NCBI RefSeq assembly: GCF_037042905.1
Contig: NC_087251.1
Location: forward strand, 13,456,001 to 13,520,000
Direction: 5' to 3'
DNA length: 64,000 nt
Origin: Lytechinus pictus
Lineage: Eukaryota
Made by a program: the position numbers and the translations under genes. The notes below the pieces were generated by a model. The model did no database searches, was not told the DNA's origin, and saw nothing but the letters and a program-made list of their open reading frames with translations. The stretch's first letter is position 1, and each line of letters opens with the position of its first letter. This document shows positions 51,898 to 64,000 of the stretch, one piece after another.

Positions 51898-52795
51898 AAT
51901 GTTTTCACCTCTTAAGTATACCGTTCTTTCCTCTACAACTTTGCAAATTTGGTGAAATGGCATGGATTTTTTAATGAAGTGCAGCATTTTTTGTACTTCC
52001 TAAATTAGTTATAGAATTTCAAATATTTTGGATCTGATTTTGTCACTTTCTCCTCATTTTCTCCAGAAATGAATGTGCCTCTATCCTTAAAAGAGCAAAT
52101 GAATATCAATATAAATTAATTCGCCATCTTTTGTATACAGTCCAGAACTGGACTGTCGACTTTGATGAAATTTACCTGAATTTTTAATTGAGTAATAAAG
52201 GTTTATTAAACTCAACTTTGTGATCTTGTGAGATCTAAAACAGCCCAGTTATTTTTGATTGCGTAATTCTCGAGAACTATAGATTTAGTGAACCTCGGAG
52301 CCCGGTAGCAAAAAAATCAAGCACATGAACCCATGTTACTTTTTGCATTTTTTGAAAATTTAGGTTCTCAAGTAACTCTGTGCAGAATTTGGTGAAAATT
52401 ACATGAATTTCATTTTAACTGTGGAACATTCATAACATACGGTCTAAAAATGGTTATGTTGCCCCTCATATTTAAGCCCAAGATCAGAAAGCTGGGTTGT
52501 TTGGTTGGTTTGCTTTTTTTTATACCTTTGCTGCTGCGCTGCACAATGAAAATCATGCATGGGATGGTTTATTTATGCAGTCGATCATCCAAAATGCAAA
52601 TTTGTGCAAATTCTTTGCCCAAATCTGACACTTTCTCGCAAAACTTTACATTTGTTGAATATTAAAAATAGCAAGCCTGTTTTATCTCATTTTATGATCG
52701 CTTGGATGGATGGGAGCAACATAACAATTTTTCTTTTAGGCCTAACTCTTGGCCATTTTCACAACTACTTTTGGGCAGGAAATCAACTAGGCATA

Positions 52796-53819
52796 TTTTT
52801 GTCTCGCCTGCATAGCAGAGCGAGACTCTAGGCGGTGGCGTTAACATTGAAATCTTAACCATGTTTAAGTTTTTGAAATGTACTGCATATGAAAGTATAT
52901 GGACCTAGTTCATGAAACTTGGACATAAGAGTAATCAAGTATTACTGAAGATCCTGCCTGAGTTTTAGGTCACATGACTTTGGTCAAAGGTCATTTAGGG
53001 TCAATGAACTTAGACCATGTTAGGGGAATCAATATCGAAATCTTAACCAAGGTTAGGTTTTTGAAATGTCATAAAAACTACGAAAGTATATGGACCTACT
53101 TCATGAAACTTGGACATAGGGGTGATAGTGTATCACTGAGAGTATCCTGTTTGAGTTTCAGGTCACATGACCATTGTCAAAGGTTACTTATGGTTTAACG
53201 AACTTTGACCATGTTGGGGGTATTCCTGGAATCGTCATAATAACTTTGAAATTTTATGGATCTAGTTCATGAAATTTAGACATAAGAGCAGTTATCCTTG
53301 AATATCCTGTGTGAGTTTCAGGTCACATGACCACGGTCAAAGGTCATTTAGGGTCAATGAACAATGTTGGGGGTACATGTGGAATTATCAACTTTAAAAG
53401 TATCTAGTTCATGAAACTTGGACATAAGAGTAACCATGTATCCCTGAATATCTTGTGCATGTTTCAGGTCACATGACCAAAATCAAAGGTCTTTTAGGGT
53501 CAGTGAACTTTGGCCATGTTGTGGGTATTTGTTGATTTGTCATCATAACTTAAAAAGTTTATGGATCTACACTTGTACACTGTAGTTCATGAAACATAGA
53601 CATAAGGGTAATCAAGTATGAATGATTGTTTTGCACATGTATGTCTTAGGTCACATGATCATGGTGAAAGGTCATGTTGGGTCAATGGACATAGTATTTT
53701 ATTATCATATGAGTGTTTTCTTTTGTGGATAATTATTTAATAGCTGTTTTCAAAGTCAGCACTGCTGCTATATCGAATCACGTAATGCAGGCGAGACTGC
53801 CAGAGGCGTTCCACTTCTA
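52796..53819 (+). mobile_element. HINE copy (GTCTCGC/GCGAGAC variant)
   Basis: Both subTIRs and the central units are present. Confidence 0.8.
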
Positions 53820-54234
53820 CTTTTAATCCTCAAGTTATTGCATAGACAAAAGAGGCAGAAGAAAGGTGCTATGGAATCCCACATGCGGTTGAGCTTCAGA
53901 CGTGAACTATGTGGGGTACCTAAGCAGGCCCTGTTGCATAGAGTTGCTATAATTGTAACTTCCATTGCAACACTGTTCAACAGCCAATCACAATAAAGGA
54001 TTCCTAGGAAGTTATAATATAAGATTATCAAACTAGCCTTTTATTTTCCCTGCACATTATTCATGTATGACAAAAATGTCTGTGTGCAAATATGAATAAG
54101 GAGAAAATGGAAAAGACAAACAACTTCTTGGTACGAGAACCATCTGAGATAATTTCCTCTCTCAACCCAGGTGTATTTTATGGTGCCCGCCAGGAAATGC
54201 AGTGTTAAAAGAAATTGAAACCCCCAAAATCTAA

Positions 54235-54560
54235 AGAAAATACCACATAATTTCATTGAAAAATACAGGATAATCAAAATGAATTCACATATACCCCAAT
54301 CTGATTCCCTGATATGGAGTACCAACTCTTCAAATTTGGCCTTCTTCAGGTTCGATGTCTCTGGATGGAGATTTTGAATCATTTTGAACTGCGAAAATGG
54401 TGTCCTCCATCCAGAGACTTTTAACCTGAAGAATCCCACCCTTGAAGAGGTGGTACTCCATACTGAAAACCCAGATTGTGGTATACATTGTAAGTGGATT
54501 CATTTGATTATCCTATATTTATCAATGATATTATGTGGTATGAGATTTTATGGGTTTCAT
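54235..54560. repeat. Degenerate inverted repeat (old MITE)
   Basis: GGAGTACCA..CTTCAGGTT..CTCTGGATGGAG is mirrored by CTCCATCCAGAG..AACCTGAAG..TGGTACTCC. Confidence 0.7.
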
Positions 54561-56789
54561 TTTCCTTCCCTGATACCGATGGTTACAAAATCCATTTGTA
54601 CAATAAAAGAAAAAAACATCTTTTTAGTGAAATTAATTCTATTTTTTTTATATTACCCTTTGCATTGGATGATTTTTTTTTATATGCACCAGCATTATGA
54701 AACAAATGAATTTTGTAGATTATTTCAATATGACTGGACTGGTTGAATGCTTGCAGCATCCTATATAGTACAGTGTAAGAATATTATGTGAATTATACCA
54801 TGCATGGGCAGACTTGTATTTTTATATCATGAACATTGAAAAATGTAAACAAACAGTTATGAATTATAGGAAGTGTGTCTCTGCCTCTTCAGCCCTTATT
54901 TTTGTATTGGATATTTTATAAATATATATTGTAAGAATGGGAAGTGTATATAAATTATATAGATATGTAAATGTCTGGAGATTTATAATGTGTTGTTATT
55001 TTTACACACATGCTGTTCTAGTGCAATGATTGGAGTAAATTGATGAAGATTTTCTGAAATGTTGATAACTGAAAATATCTGCTTAAAAATAAAAAAAGTA
55101 AAATCTAAAATTGTTGTTAAAGCCACATGTATCATATAATGTATTACAGAAAAGAAACTTTATGTATTCGTTTAATCAGTTTTAAATGTAATTGTGTCTT
55201 TTAATGTGTCATACAGAGCCATGGCCATGCATGATTGTATGAAAATAACATATTAATATTTTTTCCACTTTTATTTCTGGAATACATTTGGGGTGATTAT
55301 TCAAACATGTACATTTATGATAACTTTCAACTTCCAAACATGGTCATCTGTTCATAAACAAGTTTTATGTGCACTTAGTGTTCAATTTAATCTTTGCTTA
55401 TTAAACTACATGCATGGAAAATGGAAAAAGAATAAAGAAAAAATATTTTTTTGTTTTTATTCCAATATGTTCACAAAGTTCACAAACATTAAACTTTTAG
55501 ATAAATAGTTTTTACTATTCAGTCCTCAAAACTTAAATTGTCTTTAACTGTATTTTTCTTATTTTTGTATGTTAAAATTGTGTGAAAAAATTATGAATGG
55601 TATCTATACACATTATGGGAAATGTTGTGTATTATGAGTATGTATGGTACATTATTAATTAGGTGTAATTTTGTAAATATGTGATATTTTCTATTCACTG
55701 ATGCACTAATCCCTTTTATATTTATGAATGTGATTTTTTTTTTGCATAAATGAATTTTCAGGAAATGGAATATTACCTGCAAAGTTGAGGAGGTAGAAGT
55801 CTCAATTTCATCGAGAAATTTAAGAAAAGTCCTCCAGTAAAGGATAAATCCTGGAATTTTAATTTCCAGTCATTAAACATATAAATATCCTGACCATTTA
55901 AGCACTGAATAGATCACAATGCCCTTCAAAATTGATGTTGTCTTATTTCATTGTTTGTAAAATAATATTTTATGTGCCTGAAAATGATATTCATTGAAGA
56001 GACTTGTCTAGAAGATGAAAAAAAAATATGCTGATCTTGGAGAAACCAATTATTTTTAATCTTACAATTTCCACTTACAGTGTATTGAAAGGGAGAGTTG
56101 GGAGTTGGTATTCATCAAGAATATTATCCTACAGTGTGTCTTTATGCATAAACCATGTCAAAATATATAATTTCTCTGTTGCCTTTAAAACTATGATGTA
56201 CTAATATAAATGTTTTCTCATATGTAAGAAAATTGTTTAAATTATGAGCATATTATGTCAATGCCTATTGTTCACACATTAATGTAGATATTTTGTGTTA
56301 TATACCTCATACTAAGATTGTTATCTCTGATTTGTCAAAACTACATCGTGTGACATGGTGCTATTCTGTCTATCATCGTCTCAGGGGTTTGACTTACTGT
56401 ACATTTCTTCTATCAAACCCTCTGCTAGTACTCTTAACCCCTGAGGGCGGGCCACAAGTTGTGTTTCTACGACCGTGCGCGCATCTAGCTGGCTGCCATG
56501 CTGCTGCTGCTCGGTCATGTACACGCTCGGTCATGGACTGCTCTTTATTCGGATGACAGTGAAAATCATCACTCTCTCTGTGCTTTTCATACTGGCCCTT
56601 CTATCACCCCTCGGCCTCTGGGTGATAGAAGGATGGGTATGAAACGCATTTCAGGAGTGTTAATTTACAGTCATCCTCATAAGCAGTCAATATTTGTATA
56701 CTGTCTCATGTGTTCATCTTGTTTTTTTCCCCCAATATCCAAACTGAAGAGATTGACTTGATATCCATTACCAACAATATGAGGGTTCA

Positions 56790-57060
56790 TTCGAATTGCC
56801 ATCATACCTTTGAAAGTTTATGGATCTAGGTCATGAAGCTTGAACATAAGCGTAATCAAGTATCATTGCTCGTCTTTAAAGAGTCTAAAGTCACAAGATC
56901 AAGGTCAAAGGTCAATTTTGGTTCAATGAACATATTATTTTAGTATCATATGAATTGTGTTTTTTTTTAATGATTATTCTACAGCAGTTTTAAAAATCAG
57001 CACTGCTGCTATATTGAATCGCATGATGCAGACGAGACTACCCGAAGCATTCCACTTGTT
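56790..57060 (+). mobile_element. 3' fragment of a HINE
   Basis: CAGCACTGCTGCTATATTGAATCGC..GAGAC..TTCCACTTGTT. Confidence 0.72.
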
Positions 57061-58363
57061 ATTCAATGTGTTTGTTTAACTTGTAAGCAATAGCACTCAC
57101 CTACGATAATGTCATAAATTGATTAAAAATACATGTATAATATCTATGTGATGGATATCTACATGCCCCCCAAAATCATTTGATCCATGTGAAAACTCAT
57201 TGCAATTTCCTGTTGCATTCAGAAAGAAAAGTATGTTTATGTATTCAAGGTATGATATCAACTTTTTCTTATTTGACTTACAACTCTGAATATCTGTTGA
57301 ACATACACAATGATTAAATTATCTGAAACAATAAGAATTCCAAAGATGCCCTTATAGATGTAAAATTGTTGGCTAGTGTATTTATGTTTTAATTTTCATT
57401 ATATTACTATCCTTTTTATTTGAAGTCAGTAGAAAAAAATAAAACCAACAATATATATATCTTTGAAAAACAAACGTGATTGGTAAAATGGTTCCCAACT
57501 TTGTATCTAAGCGTTTTGGTTCTCTCTTTCATATTAGTTTTCTCAAATTGCATTTTTTCAGCACCCATGACTTAAGTGAATTTGGGTTCTTATGTTTTTC
57601 ATCACTTGAAATAACATGTATATCACATCACCTTTTCAGTAATGAGTCTTGACAAGTGGGTGATAATGATCGCTGTTACAAAATTATGTCCCCAATAAAT
57701 ACAAAATGAAATGTAATTTCTATGAAGAATCTAATCATATCTTGTCATGAATCAAGTATGGTACATGTGGAATGTTAGATATTATGTACATTTTGATGTT
57801 TGTTTAACAATTTTTTTAACTTGGACTATTTTTTTATCACAAGTTTTAAAACGATTTGTAATTATGCAGATGATTGGAATGTTGATTGTCTGTGCCAATC
57901 ATAGATGTTCAGAAAAAAAGTTATTCAAGCTGTTCTGTTATATGTTGTAATAGAAAGATTGAAATTCATTATTTATTAATAATCCATCATATTTTATTCT
58001 GAAGTCTAAATTTTCAGTCAGGGGGGCGGCAATGTTGTTAATAACTTAATTACTTCTATTTCTTAACATGAAAAGGTGCCTTTACTTCATGGAAGATAGA
58101 TTTTCTTTCATTTGGTAGAAACTAATTCCACGCTATATAAAGGTACTCAATTTGCTTTAAAAATGCATTTATATTGAAGTAATTTTGTGTTATTGATGAA
58201 CGTGTTAATTCATTCAATTTCTTCGATTCATTGCTTTTTTGTTTTGTTGTTTCGATGCAAGAACACATTTTTTTTGTGCACCGCATTGTTGCAGAAAAGC
58301 CCTAACGCAATGCACCAATACATGCTGCTAAGGGTGATTTTGCACGAAAAGTGTGGTATAGTG

Positions 58364-58976
58364 TTAAAGGGATGGTCCGGGCTGAAAATATTTATATATA
58401 AATACATACAGTAAAATTCACAGAGCAAAATGCTGAAAATGTTACCAAAGTCGGATTACAGATAACAAAGTTATTGAATTTTAAAGTTTATCAATATTTT
58501 GTGAAAAAAGTTATATGCACATCGTCATGAATATTCATTAGGTGGGCTGATGATGTCATATCCCCACTTTCCCTTTTCTTATGTTATTACATAAAATCCT
58601 AATTGTTTCATTTTTTTAGACATGTATAAATGATTTGTCTCCATTATGATGAAATAAGTTGCGCCAATAAATAACTAATGCACTTAATCAGTTGTCAATC
58701 CAATTGTTTTAGTTCTTGGTAGAAATATTTTGAATAAAACTTATTTCATATAACAAAAAAACAAAAGAACAAGTGGGGATATGACATCATCAGCCCACCT
58801 AATGAATATTCATGAAGACATGCTTAGAACTGTTCCACCGGAATAATGCAAATCTTTAAAATTCAATAACTTTGTTATTTGTTATCCGATTTTGATCAAA
58901 TTTTCAGCATTTTGCTCTGTGAACTTTACTCTATTTATTGAGATATAAATATCTCCAGCCTGGACCATCCCTTTAA
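58364..58976. mobile_element. Palindromic TTAA-flanked MITE
   Basis: TTAA|AGGGATGGTCCGGGCTG ... CAGCCTGGACCATCCCT|TTAA. Confidence 0.9.
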
Positions 58977-59782
58977 GTGCGTTCTTGCATCAACACAATG
59001 GTTTTATAGTTGCTGTGATATAGTGATCTATGGAGAACATGCTAAATCCTGGTTATTATAGTTATTATTCAATTAAAACTGCCTTTGTAATGTGAATGAT
59101 ACAAATACAGAAATAGTTTTCGAATGAGATGAAAGATAATTATTACTCTGATGAAAGCTCACAAATATATGACAAGCATGTAATCTGTCTTGTACAAATT
59201 TAAACCCACTTTTGCAGATTTTACCCCTGTCAGATGGAGAAAATCAATTGCCTTGATATTTGCATTGTAATTATAAATACGGTCATAGAATGAATTATAT
59301 TATAAAAAATACTTTGTCTTCTCATTTGAACACCTCACACAGATGTAATACAATTTTATTGTTGGATTTTCTATTACACGTTCTTCATGTTGTATTTGGA
59401 GGTAATTTTGTGAATCATTTTTTCTTATTACACAGTGAGGAGGTCGTACTACATATTGAATGTTATATATTGTGAATAAAACGTTATAAATACATTTGAA
59501 TGTCTAAAAGATTCTTTTGTTTTGGTGGGGTTTCTTTCCCTTTTTATACTATATTATTTCCACAAAAGCATTCAACATTTCAAATTAAAATGTCATATTC
59601 AAATACTCAACACTAAACATTTTATTGATTTTTTGATGAAATAAAATAAATATGAGTCACAACATTAGAAATGTAAAAACTTTAAAAATACAACTTTAAT
59701 AGTAAAGTTATCATCTCTCCCCAGAAAGTCTTATTCCTGTCCATGATACTTTTTGTCTCATCTGCGAAGCAGAGTGAGACTA

Positions 59783-61932
59783 CAGTGTGTATAAAAAAAA
59801 ACGGAACAGATTTGAAAAGTCTATAAAATTTTTGTTTCAAATTATGATGCCTATATTTTGGTGTTAATAGGTGCTCTAAGGTCTTATCTTTCAAATGCTA
59901 TTAAAATTGTTTAGTTTTGTTCATGCATGAGCGAACACGGAATGTTTTTGTCTGGGGTTAAAAAGGAGGCTTGCGCCAAAATGGCATAAAATTATAAATA
60001 TGATGATCGGACTTCTTGCTAATTAGCAGACTTCCTCTTAACCTTTTCATTATCTTTGCCATAATTTTCAAATCATGCGGTCAAAATTCATTTTCAGATC
60101 TATTTATTTGCTTGAATTGTTCTGTTGTTTCTTTTTAATATGCTCTCTGTTAGCTTTGAATATTCCTTCTTCAAGCTAAAACAATTTTGTTCAACTGAAG
60201 TATGGGAGAGTGTGGATTTTTTGTCAAATCCTTTCATTGTGTGCTACAAAGGTTATGGTGCCTTTTGAACAGTGCCACACAGATGGGTGGGGGCTCGGGA
60301 TGCTCCCCCCTCAATTAAAAAAATCATGACCAAGAAAAAAAGTGGACAGGAAATAGGAAAGATAGAGAGTAAAATATGATATTATTTTCTGAATATTATG
60401 TCAAAATCTATCTCAAAATTTGATATTGTAATAAAAAAGTGGGAATATTTGCCTTCTCACTTCACTCGCTCACAACTTTTTAATACATTTTACCCGATCT
60501 GCCATATCTAGCTCCTTCAAAATTGACTCAATACACCATTGTCATTGAAAGACATGAATCCCTTCCTGTGTTTCCTGTCAAGCAATTAAACTTGGTCAAG
60601 GAATCAATGACCCCTTGAAAAATAGATTCATGTCTTTTAAAGGTACATAACATAATTTATTTCACATAATAAAAGGATTTGAATAATCACAAGTTTTCCC
60701 AATTAATAATGCAAATCTTCTTGCTTGGGTTGACAAAAAATCTTCTTTTCTCAGTTACTTATGAAGGAAAATTAAAAGGTAAGAGAAGTTTAAATGAAAA
60801 AAACAAAATAATTCAAGTAAATAAATAAATTTGTAAATAAAATTTGACAGCATAATTCGAAAATTGTGGCACAGATAATGAAAAGGTCAAAAGGAAGTCT
60901 CCTGATTAGCAAAAAGTCTGATCATACTCATATTCTGCAATTCTGGCGCAAGCCTCTTTTTGAACCCCCAACAAAAACGTCCTGTGTTCGCTCAAGCATG
61001 AACAAAATTTATTTTTTTTAATTGCATTTCAAAGATAAGACCTTAGAGCACCTATTAACACCAAAATATAGACATCATAATTTGAAACAAAAATTTTATA
61101 GACTTCAAATCTGTCCCGTTTTTGTCTCACCTGCATAGCAGAGTGAGACTATAGGCGCCGCTTTTCCGACGGCGACGGCGACGGCGGCGGCGGCGTCAAC
61201 ACCAAATCTTAACCTGAGGTTAAGTTTTTGAAATGACAGCATAACTTAGAAAGTATATGGACCTAGTTCATGAAACTTGGCCATAAGGTTAATCAAGTAT
61301 TACTGAACATCCTGCCTGAGTTTCATGTCACATGACCAAGGTCAAAGATCATTTAGGGTCAATGAACTTAGACCATGTTGGGGGAATCAACATCAAAATC
61401 TTAACTTAAGGTTAAGTTTTTGAAATGTCATCATAACTTAGAAAATATATGGACCTAGTTCATGAAACTTATATATAAGGTTAATCAAGTATCACTGAAC
61501 ATCCTGCATGAGTTTCACGTCACATGACCAAGGTCAAAGGTCATTTAGGGTCAATGAACTTTGGCCGAATTGGGGGTATCTGTTGAATTACCATCATAAC
61601 TTTGAAAGTTTATGGATCTGATTCATGAAACTTGGACATAATAGTAATCAAGTATTACTGAACACCCTGTGCAAGTTTCAGGTCACATGATCAAGGTCAA
61701 AGGTCATTTAGGGTCAATGAACTTTGGCCAAATTGGGGTATTTGTTGAATTACAGCCATAAATTTGAAAGTGTGTTGGTCTAGTTCATAAAACTTGGACA
61801 TAATAGTAACCAAGTATCACTGAACATCTTGTGCGAGTTATAGTAGTTTTCAAAATCAGCACTGCTGCTATATTGAATCGCGTGATGCAGGTGAGACGGC
61901 CAGAGGCATTCCACTTGTTTTTATACGCACTG
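59783..61932. mobile_element. Tc1/mariner-type non-autonomous element with ~300-bp TIRs, TA TSD
   Basis: TA|CAGTGTGTATAAAAAAAAACGGAACAGATTTG ... CAAATCTGTCCCGTTT[HINE]TTTATACGCACTG|TA. Confidence 0.85.
61119..61919 (+). mobile_element. HINE copy nested in the right TIR; near-identical to 14531-15515
   Basis: Same diagnostic bases as copy 1, with one central unit fewer. Confidence 0.85.
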
Positions 61933-62930
61933 TATAGGCGCCGCTTTTCTGACGACGGCGGCGGCGTCAACACCAAATCTTAACCGAAGGTTAAGTTTTT
62001 GAAATGACAGCATAACTTAGAAAGTATATGAACCTTCTTCATGAAACTTGGCCATGAGGTTAATGAAGTATTACTAAACATCCTGCCTGAGTTTCAGGTC
62101 ACATGACCAAGGTCAAAGGTCATTTAGGGTCAATGAACTTAGACCATGTTGGGGGGAATCGACATCAAAATCTTAACCTAACGTTAAGTTTTTGAAATGT
62201 CATAACTTAAAAAATATATGGACCTAGTTAATGAAACTTGGATATAAGCTTAATCAAGTATTACTGAACATCCTGCATGAGTTTTAAGTCACATGACCAA
62301 GGTCAAAGGTCATTTAGGGTCAATGAACTTTGGCCATGTTGGGGGTATCTATTGAATTACCATCATAACTTTGAATGTTTATGGATCTGATTCATGAAAC
62401 TTGGACATAAGAGTAATCAAGTATTACTGAACATCCTGTGCGAGTTTCAGGTCACATGATCAAGGTCAAAGGTCAATGAACTTCAGCCATGTTGGGGTTT
62501 ATCTGTTGAATTACCATCTTAACTTTTAAAGTTTATGGATCTGATTCATGGAACTTGGACATAAGAGTAATCAAGTATCATTGACCATCCTGTGCGAGTT
62601 TCAGGTCACATGACCAAAGTCAAAAGTCATTTAAGGTCATTGAACTTTGGCCATTTTGGAGGTAATTATTAGATTGCTGTCATAACTTTCAAAGTTTATA
62701 GATATAGTTTATAAAATATGGATATTGGGGTAATCAAGTATCACTGACAAGTCTTAGGTCGCATGATCAAGGTCTAATGTAATTTATTGTCAATGAACGT
62801 AGTATTGTATCATTATATGAATGGTGTTTTTTGTGAGTAATTATTTCATAGTAGTTTTCAAAATCAGCACTGCTGCTAAATTGAATCGCGCGATGCAGGT
62901 GAGACTGCCAGAGGCGCTCCACTTGTTTGT

Positions 62931-63534
62931 TGAAGGGATGGTCCAGGCTGGAGATATTTATATCTCAATAAATAAAGAAAAATTCACAAAGCAAAATGCT
63001 GAAAATTTGATCAAAATTGGATAACAAATAACAAAGTTATTGAATTTTAAAGATTTGCATTATTCCGGTGAAACAGTTCTAGGCATGTCTTTATGAATAT
63101 TCATTAGGTGGGCTGATGATTTCATACCCCCACTTGTTCTTTGTATTTTATTATATGAAATTAGGTTTATTCATTTTTTTTCTATCAAGAACTAAAACAA
63201 ATGGATTGACAACTGATTAAGTGTATTAGTTATTTATTGCCTCAACTTATTTCATCATAATGGAGACAAATCATTTACACATGCATGAAAAAATTAAACA
63301 ATTATGATTTCCTGTAATAACATTAGAAAAATGCTAGTGGGGATGTGACATATTAGCCCACCTAATGAATATTCATGACGATTTGCATATGACTGTTTTC
63401 ACAAAATATTGATAAACTTTAAAATTCAATAACTTCGTTATTTGTTATCCGATTTTGATAAAATTTTCAGCATTTTGCTCTGTGAATTTTACTTTATATA
63501 TTAAGATATAAATATTTTCAGCCCGGACCATCCC
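62931..63534. mobile_element. Inverted copy of the 58364-58976 MITE
   Basis: AGGGATGGTCCAGGCTGGAGAT ... TTTTCAGCCCGGACCATCCC. Confidence 0.85.
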
Positions 63535-63656
63535 AATACCATCATAATGGGCCTGTAAAAGTCCAGGCACAAGAAAGAAAGAAAAAAAAAGAAACTGGCA
63601 TTCATACACACAGTGGCATACCGTGGGTCATATATATATATGTGTGTGTGTGTGTG

Positions 63657-63687
<31 letters not shown>

Positions 63688-63716
63688 GTGTATATGTATA
63701 TATATATATATATATA

Positions 63717-63946
63717 AGCATCTTGGTTTTCCACGTATTGGCAATAATAAGACATCAGAAATAAGAAACAAATGACATTCACGAGTAATGCAAGTTTGCA
63801 ATGCCAACATGTTCTTTATTAACTTTCCAAATTTTTGGTAGAAGGTAGAAGGCAAACTTGCATTACTCGTGAATATTATGAATATTATCATTTGCTTCGC
63901 ATTTCTGATATCTTATTATTGCCAATACGTGGAAAACCAAGATGCT
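63717..63946. mobile_element. MITE with ~46-bp TIRs embedded in (TA)n microsatellite
   Basis: AGCATCTTGGTTTTCCACGTATTGGCAATAATAAGACATCAGAAAT / ATTTCTGATATCTTATTATTGCCAATACGTGGAAAACCAAGATGCT, with (TA)n on both sides. Confidence 0.85.
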
Positions 63947-63953
63947 ATATATA

Positions 63954-64000
<47 letters not shown>

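Larger units (their letters stand above)
59750..62927 (+). mobile_element. HINE interrupted by a Tc1-like element that itself carries another HINE
   Basis: GAGTGAGAC|TA[insert]TA|TAGGCGCCG restores the normal HINE 5' end. Confidence 0.85.

Noticed and set aside
48732..59500. End of the NR 3' UTR or a further gene
   Set aside because: Several AATAAA motifs occur in AT-rich DNA, none can be singled out, and no convincing coding exons were seen.

Overview
AT-rich, repeat-dense animal genomic DNA; the repeat landscape suggests a marine invertebrate, probably an echinoderm (inference). The main host gene is a spliced + strand nuclear hormone receptor with two tandem C4 zinc-finger DNA-binding domains (P-boxes CEACKS and CEGCKG), a ~500-aa Ser/Pro-rich hinge and a divergent ligand-binding domain ending in an AF-2-like PALFAEI motif. 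Nine coding exons at 34752-48731 splice in frame through GT-AG introns; with a probable first coding exon at 25627-25657 the protein is about 1017 aa. The rest of the window holds a near-complete CR1-clade LINE (~6940-11650), an older decayed CR1 on the minus strand, a tRNA-derived SINE, many non-autonomous TIR elements (TA-, TTAA- and 5-bp-TSD types, often nested) and a 110-bp satellite. There are also about nine co-oriented Helentron/DINE-1-like (HINE) elements whose internal repeats are packed with nuclear-receptor AGGTCA half-sites.
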